Positions 57,006 through 64,000 of a DNA stretch of 64,000 nt are shown here, piece by piece. The DNA is taken from assembly GCA_964252035.1 (NCBI GenBank), contig OZ176204.1; one strand, given 5' to 3'. The first letter of the stretch is position 1; every line of letters begins with the position of its first letter. Below the pieces are notes generated by a model. That model was not told the DNA's origin. It worked only from the letters and a program-made list of their open reading frames with translations, and searched no databases. Position numbers and translations under genes: made by a program. This stretch comes from Podarcis erhardii. Lineage: Eukaryota.

Positions 57006-59512
57006 AAAAAAGAAGCGCTGAAGAAGCTGCTTGACTGTGGTGCGACCTTGGAAGGTGATGAAGGTGAGGTCATGAGAGATTATTTAGCAGAGGCTAGAAG
57101 GCCAACCTATCAGGGATGCTGGAGTCATGAATTCTCTGCATCACTGTGGGATTGGGGTAGATGACCTTTGAGGTCAAACTCTATGGTTCTTTTTCATATT
57201 TTTCCACATCTCATTAGATAAACTGTGGAATACTAGCACAGGACAGAGTGTGACTTTTAGATCAAGATATCATATACATAATAGTAAGCAATGCACAATA
57301 CAGTTTGTTAGATCACAGAAAGTGTACACAACAGAAATTGTAAACCGAGCCCCTGCTATGAGTCTCTAAATAATGTGCTGATCTCAGAGTTATAGATCCA
57401 GTGTCCCAAGATGGATTACAGGAAATGAAATTTATGTGTTCAGCTTCACTGCCCTGCCTGAAATAGAATGGGATGGCATTGCTATATATATATATTTTCT
57501 GATCATTCTTCAGCTTATTTGTTATTGGCTAGTGTTCAAGATTTACTTGGCAAATGCAGATCTAACCATCCCTGAAGACAGGAGATATGTATTTTGTCTC
57601 ATATTGAGGCAAGAGTTAATCGGACTATAAATGTACTGGGCAAATTATCATCTTCCAGATGTAAACCATTTCCAACAAAGAGCCACAATAGAAATGACAT
57701 TCATTAGGCTGTCACAGGAATAATCAAAGTGTTTCAGAAATTAGAGGAGGACAATAGGTTTGTGCTTGTTATTAAATATTGGACACATTTATCAGCCTTG
57801 AAGAGCTGTGTTTGTTACTGCAGCCAAGAATAATATTTTGATTTACCTTCTTTCTAGTGGGGCGACGTCTTACTAAGAGTGAATGCCCATCTGGCCAGAT
57901 ATTTTCTCCAAAACTGATCAGTCCCAGATGCTGCAGAAGAAGTGGATGAGAAAAAACAACCCACCACATGCTTAGAGAATGACATTTTACCCTTCTCAGT
58001 CTTTTTCTGTGGATTTCTTGTCTTCTTTCCCTATCACCACACCTTATCATATGCAAATCAATAGATGTTTCTCTATCCTTCAAGAAGAAGTATCTCCCCA
58101 AATCCATAACATCCCCCAACAAAATCCTTGAGGGAACACTCACCCACCATTGCTGAAGGGTGCTGATGTCCATCAGTCTTTCATGGGCACCCCTGCTCTT
58201 TCCCCGTAGGACCCCGCCCCCCATGATTTCTATTTGTGTACCCATCCCAAAATGGTACAGTCTGCCTTGTAGAATAGCCATAGAGAATAACAACCATGAT
58301 CCTGAAATTGGGTGGGCTTCATCTCCTCAGAAGGGGTGACCATGCCGGCAAATGGCAATCAAGTCTGGCAGAAATATAAAAGCAGCATATAACATCAAAC
58401 AATTTTATAGGTGCTTCTCCACCAGAAAGATGGCAATTGCAACTCTGAAAAATCTGCTAAACATCTTTAGAACCCCAGCAAAAACGAAGCTCCTAGGATT
58501 CAATGATGAAAGCTGTGACAACCCATTTTAAAAATAAATAAAGCCACCTCACAGAGCTATGATTTCCATCTTTCTTATGGAGGAGCAATGAACACCTTAG
58601 AGTTTAAATCCATAATGTAGTAGTAGCTCCTTCTTGAAATATACAGTGCATACCGCAGAAAGGACAGGAATTCTCCAATAATGTATTAGTTATTACAACT
58701 GGGTTTGCTGTTTTTTTTAAAAAAGTCCCACCCTAGTATTTCATCATTGGAGGAAACAACATAATTCAGAATTTACAGAAAGCAGGGGAATAACCAGAGA
58801 GTCCTGTTTGTCTTCTACAAGGGACCAATTGGTCTGCTTTGGCTTGCTAAGTATGTTTTAAAACAGGTTCTTGGGAAAAGAAAATGCCACAATGTTAATC
58901 GATTCTCAGGGCAAGAACGAAAAATGACACATCAATTATTTGTCCTGACGAGCTAACGAGAATGGGGAAAGGTACAATCTCATTACCAACTTAATCTTCT
59001 GGCAGTTGCTGGATGCGATACAAGTGATTCTATCAAACGGGAAACAAAGGGATTATTTCAGGGGCCAATTATGCAAGCCCAAATACTCTCGACATATGAA
59101 GTGGGTTGATCTGAAAGCCCATGGCACTGGCGAAGTTGACGGCAGACAGAATTCTGTTGGCAGCATGTAATTTGTTTCCTTAATGAGATTATTTTTCATG
59201 CAAGTATTGCATAGCCTTCCACTGTTTCACATTTGTGGGCTTCTGCAGCTGCCAGGCCAGGTTTCTTTCCTTGTGACTGCTGATATTTTGGGTGGACAAA
59301 TGGCTAGCCTTTGGCTGGCAGTCCCTGAGTCCACTTTGATAATTAGATCCTACAAATGCTACTTCAACCAGGGATAGATAACCAGGCATTGTTGGACTAC
59401 AGCTCCAGTCTCTCCTGACCACAGGGCATGCTGGCTTAGGCTGCTGCAGTTGGAGTGTCAACAACAACAGCAAGCCTACAGGTTAGTCCCTGCTGACCTA
59501 AACAGTCAATAG

Positions 59513-59892
59513 CAGGGTTCAGCAAGGCTTACCGGGCATGGGCTGGATCACTCCCGTGGAGATCCTCCATGGGCCAGGGCGGCGCAGCGCAACACCAAAA
59601 ATCGCATCTGCGCATGTCCGCAGCACCGGAAATAGCCCAGATGCAGAAGCAATTTCCGGCGTCTGGGCATGCACAGAAGCGATTTCCTGAACCGCGGACA
59701 TGCGCAGACGAGATTTCCGGCATCTGGGCACGCACAGAAGTGTTTTCCGGAACTGTGGAAGAGAGTCCCCGTGCTGCGCCGGTTTAGCGCAGCACGCAGG
59801 GACTTGCCGAGCGGGCAGCTTGGTTCGGGGGCGGCTCATGGGCCAGTTAAGCGACCGCTTCTAGCCCATGGGCCTTAGGTTGCCGACCTCTG
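59513..59892. mobile_element. 380-bp hAT-type MITE with about 30-bp internal tandem units
   Basis: Ends CAGGGTTCAGCAA / AGGTTGCCGACCTCTG; 8-bp TSD GTCAATAG (59505-59512) vs ATCAATAG (59893-59900); CpG-rich. Confidence 0.85.
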
Positions 59893-60243
59893 ATCAATAG
59901 CATGATGTGCCTCATACTGTCCTCCTTAGTGACTTGGGTCATGAAGAATAGATGCTGATGAATGGGTATTCAAGAAGATGACCACCCCAAATGTCGAAGT
60001 GTAGTGTGGGTCATGAGGCCATGTGGGCTAGCCTTGCCTCCTACCATTGAAGCATATGCCTCCCATTGCCTCGCCGTTTGGCTGCACATCTGAATAAGTT
60101 CTACCACAGATGTCCATATGTAGAGGTTTGTAATGTTTCATAATGTTTTCTCCAATATATTTTTGCATGCAATTTTCCAGGTATATGCATTCTGGTACAT
60201 TATTTTCCCTAACAGACACATTATATTCTAACATATACTAATA

Positions 60244-60485
60244 CAGTGGTACCTCGGGTTACAAACACCTCAGGTTACAAACACTTCGGGTTACAGACTC
60301 AGCTAACCCAGAAATAGTACCTTGGGTTAAGAACTTTGCTTTAGGATGAGAACAGAAATCATGCGGTGGCAGCATGGCGGCAGCAGAAGGCCCTATTAGC
60401 TAAAGTGGTACCTCAGGTTAAGAACAGTTTCAGGTTAAGAACGGACCTCCGGAACGAATTAAGTTTGTAACCAGAGGTACCACTG
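60244..60485 (+). mobile_element. 242-bp Tc1/mariner-type MITE
   Basis: CAGTGGTACCTC TIRs and TA TSD; same family and length as 6165-6406. Confidence 0.9.
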
Positions 60486-61979
60486 TATGACATGCACTTT
60501 TCATGAACATGCATATTCGTGTACACATCCTTCCATTGGAGAACTGAATCACAAAATACGATGGCAAGCACATTTCAAAGGAGAGCAGTGTTTTGGTTTG
60601 CAGGTTGGTTCAGGACGTGCAAATTTGGCAGGGATGCATTTAGAATCCCTAATACCCCATCTGTATGTGCAGATAGAGAAGCACCTGTTTGTGACAGCAT
60701 GTAATGCCATCCGGCAATGATGCCACAGCTTCATACCATGGTCGAGTGGCAGAGCCTATCCAGAGGCCAGATTAATTTCCCATACAATGGATGTGCAACA
60801 ATATCAATCACTTTTGCTAATCAGATACAATTTCTGGAACAGATACTTTGAGGCGAGGGTGGCCCATCACTAGTTTCCATGGGGATTCCCAGTGAAGAAT
60901 GACAGCAAAGCATATGTTTTTCAGGGAGGGCATAATGTGGTCCATAAAATAATGGGCAGAAAATGGTTGTATATGAACCTAACCTTTTTACAGCTGCTGA
61001 ACGAGAAAAAAAGCTTTGAACTTTCGGGTCATTTGTCAGTTTGGTGTTGTGGGTTTAATTCTAAATTAGTCAATCTTTTTGAAATCATAAGGCCGAGAGA
61101 GAGAAACATGCATATTTATTCCTTTCTACCTTTCCTCATTCTTGTCAGGTACCTGATAGATGCACCAAAAAATAAAATAAAAAAATAGCAACCTGGAACA
61201 AAGGCAGAAGCATTAATCAAAGACGAGATCTCCTGCTTCTCTGTCAATAAGAAAACTTCACTGTGCTGTGTTTCACTATTCATGACATCTGCCATAATAC
61301 TCATATACATATTTTATCTACTATTTGAATGAACCATTATTAAAATATTATTCACTAGTTGAAATGTTGGGGCAATCCTTTTGTACATCTCACGTCCAAG
61401 AAAGTGGGATGCCTGGGGCCTTTCTACAAATTACTCTTCCAGGACTTTTCCGTTCATTTTGCAGAAACCTCTTTTAGCCAGTCCTCACATTAGAATTCCC
61501 CCTTCTAGTAACTTCCACCTCTCCATAGGTTTAAAAACAAACAAACAAACAAACAAACACAGTTTATACTCTTTATAAAATTGAATCTGGAATCCCACAG
61601 GAAGAGAGTGGTGGGACAATGTCAGGGACAATCTGAAGTGGATAAATGGATGTGAGCGAAAAGGTTGTCTTTCTCTCCTTGTTGCTTTGAGTAATCCTTT
61701 GAGGATGAGTTTGAGTACTTTGAGTATGAAGTTGCTTTTGATTTTTTTGAAAAAATGGAAATGGGGCTTAGGGAGCAATCCTATACACAAGAAGCTGGTG
61801 TAAACCAGCATAAAGTTACAGCAGATCCAAATCTGCTACTGCTCCACCTAATTTCAGCAGAGGGAATATAATAGGGTTGTCATGTGTCCTCTTTTTCCAG
61901 GACATGTCCTTTTTTTTCAGGGGTAAAATTTCTGTCTGGGTCAATTTTTAAAATGTGCCAATATGTCTCTGGCTATAAG

Positions 61980-62431
61980 GGGACGTGGGTGGCGCTGTGG
62001 TCTAAACCACTGGGCCTTGGGCTTGCTGATCAAAAGGTCAGTGGTTTGAATCCCCGCAATGGGGTGAGGTCCCGTTGATCAGTCCCTGCTCCTGCCAACC
62101 TAGCAGTTCGAAAGCATGCCCAAAGTGCAAGTAGATTAATAGGTACAGCTCTGGCGGGAAGGTAAATGGCGTTTCCATGTGCTGCTGTGGTGTCAGTGTT
62201 CCATTGCGCCAGAAGCAGCTTAGTCATGCTGGCCACATGACCTGGAAAAACAGTCTGCGGAGTGGACAAACGCCAGCTCCCTCAGCCTGTAAAGTGAGAT
62301 GAGTGCTGCAACCCCAGAGTCATGACTGGACTTAACTGTCAGGGGTCCCTTTACCTTTACCTTTACCTTTACCTTTACCTTTACCTTTACCTTTACCTTT
62401 ACCTTTACCTTTACCTTTACCTTTACCTTTA
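61980..62431 (+). mobile_element. Sauria SINE with expanded (ACCTTT)13 tail
   Basis: Head GGGACGTGGGTGGCGC; tail 62353-62430; TGGCTATA at 61970-61977 and 62435-62442 as probable TSD. Confidence 0.93.
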
Positions 62432-62693
62432 CTGTGGCTATACTTTCTGGATGAGACATAGACATAACTGGTTGTTGAAGACTCTTCCCTTCTCTTCTAC
62501 TGCCCCCCTCAGCAATATATCACAGATTTACCAGGCACAGGAGTCCTGGACTTAAGCTTGCCAAGGCCAAGAGCACAGAAGGCAGGCATCCTAGAAGAGG
62601 AGCCCTATAGAAGAACTGTACTTATTGTTGAGAGTAACCTGGGTCATGGTGGAAGTAGGTCTGTGAAGCAACACACCTGAAATAAAGTCATGC

Positions 62694-62936
62694 TTATTTT
62701 TACCCTATCGATTGGACTGAGTTGCCCCAGCCACTCTAGGCAGCTTCCAACATATTTAGAAACACAAGAAAACATTAAACATTAATGGCTGCCTTCTGAA
62801 TGTCTTCTAAAGGTTGCAGAGCTACGTATCTCCTTGGCTAGGGGGGGGGGGCGCATTCTGGGATCAAATCAGAAACTGGAACAGCTTCTGCAAATCCATG
62901 ACTGTCCCTGGAAAATAAGGACACTTGGAGGGCCTG
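62694..62936. mobile_element. Partial composite element (family of 7814-8135 / 32190-32914)
   Basis: L2-like tail followed by GGATCAAATCAGAAAC...GTCCCTGGAAAATAAGGACACTTGGAGGGCCTG. Confidence 0.65.
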
Positions 62937-64000
62937 AGCATATGGAACAGCCCTCTTTTGACGTGCTTCTTCCTCCCATGGTACAGGGTAATGGCATACC
63001 AGATAATATATAAATCTGGGATAAGACATTATTCATCAGAGGGGGTTGGGCATACAACAAAAATAGGCAGCTGTCTATGAGATACCATGGCAGATGCTCC
63101 CATGTAGACCCATTGAGTCCAAATCCCTAGCTGTGGGGAATAAATGGCCCATAAGGCAGCTAAACCCTTGCTGAATTGATCCTACTTCCTTGCTTCCAAG
63201 CAAAGCCCTCAGAGCATCTTGTCAACTGAAAGCCTCAAGTTCCAACCAGTTTGACTGCTGCCATACAATGGTAGGTAGCAAATTAGAGTGTTTTGTGGAT
63301 TTTATAAGACTAAATCCCGTTGTTTGCTAAATAGGATTTGTACTACTATTTTCATTACAGGATTTGGGGGAAGTACACCTGGGTGTTGCATTTTTGAGAT
63401 TAGCCTTTAAAGACCTTACACCTTCCTGTGTGCATCCTTTGTTTGCTGTAATTACTGTACATAAGCATACCGACACAATTAGCTAAATTCCCCGGGACTT
63501 CAGAGGCAACAGCTTTCGAAGCAAATGCAGCCTTTTATTTCTAAACAAAAAAAGGGACAAATGACTAATTTTAGTAACAGTTGTAGGCTTTGCTTTTGCC
63601 AGTGTTTCTCCGACAGCTCGAGAAAAGTCAGAAGTGTGTCCAAGGCTTCGAGAAAAGCCACAGAAGCTGACAATGTGACAAATGCAAACAGCGGCCTTTG
63701 TCATTATGGAAATCGCTTGAACCCTCCTGTACGAGGAGAATCACAATGTAAAAAGAAGTAATTAAAGAAGCAAAATGCTCATTGGCTAGCGTTGAAAACC
63801 TATCTCGAGGCCTGGCTGACAATTTCAGAATTTACATGGACTGGATTGTATGAGCATATCCAATGGGGGAGAGGATGCTATACAGAGGCCGGCCGGTGCT
63901 GTTAATAATATAATGTGGTATGGGCATATTTATTTATCCGGACAATTTTTATGCCACTATTCAGCTGTAAAAGGCTTGTGATCTAAAAGGCATGACACAA

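Noticed and set aside
57772-58293. 173-aa minus-strand ORF, the longest not explained by a transposon
   Set aside because: It starts at TTG and has no known motif. A broken IDL..AYDKV-like string hints at a decayed LINE, but too weakly to call.

Overview
This is vertebrate genomic DNA from a squamate reptile, most likely a lacertid lizard (inferred from its Sauria SINE subfamilies, BovB, and lizard-type L2/CR1 and MITE families). The window is non-coding and repeat-rich, consistent with a very long intron or a gene desert. I could not confidently identify any host protein-coding exon or gene symbol. The only recognisable protein similarity is to non-LTR retrotransposon ORF2 fragments (BovB, two other RTE-clade families, L2, CR1). 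Mobile elements include 11 Sauria SINE copies at 10 loci (three subfamilies, many with exact TSDs), MIR/Ther1-like CORE SINEs, tRNA-head SINEs with CR1-type tails, Tc1/mariner-type MITEs with TA TSDs (three copies of exactly 242 bp), hAT-type MITEs with 8-bp TSDs, solo-LTR-like elements and a Penelope-like inverted end. There are several nested insertions, many microsatellites and one 134-base N gap. No rRNA, true tRNA gene or CRISPR array is present. The most interesting unexplained signals are a dense cluster of splice signals in repeat-free sequence at 8.85-9.5 kb and several other isolated exon-like or AG|GT sites. The cluster can be read as a minus-strand recursive-splice-site/RS-exon architecture or as a plus-strand 39-nt in-frame microexon. 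All splice calls are motif-based hypotheses, and family names come from recalled consensus features rather than database searches.
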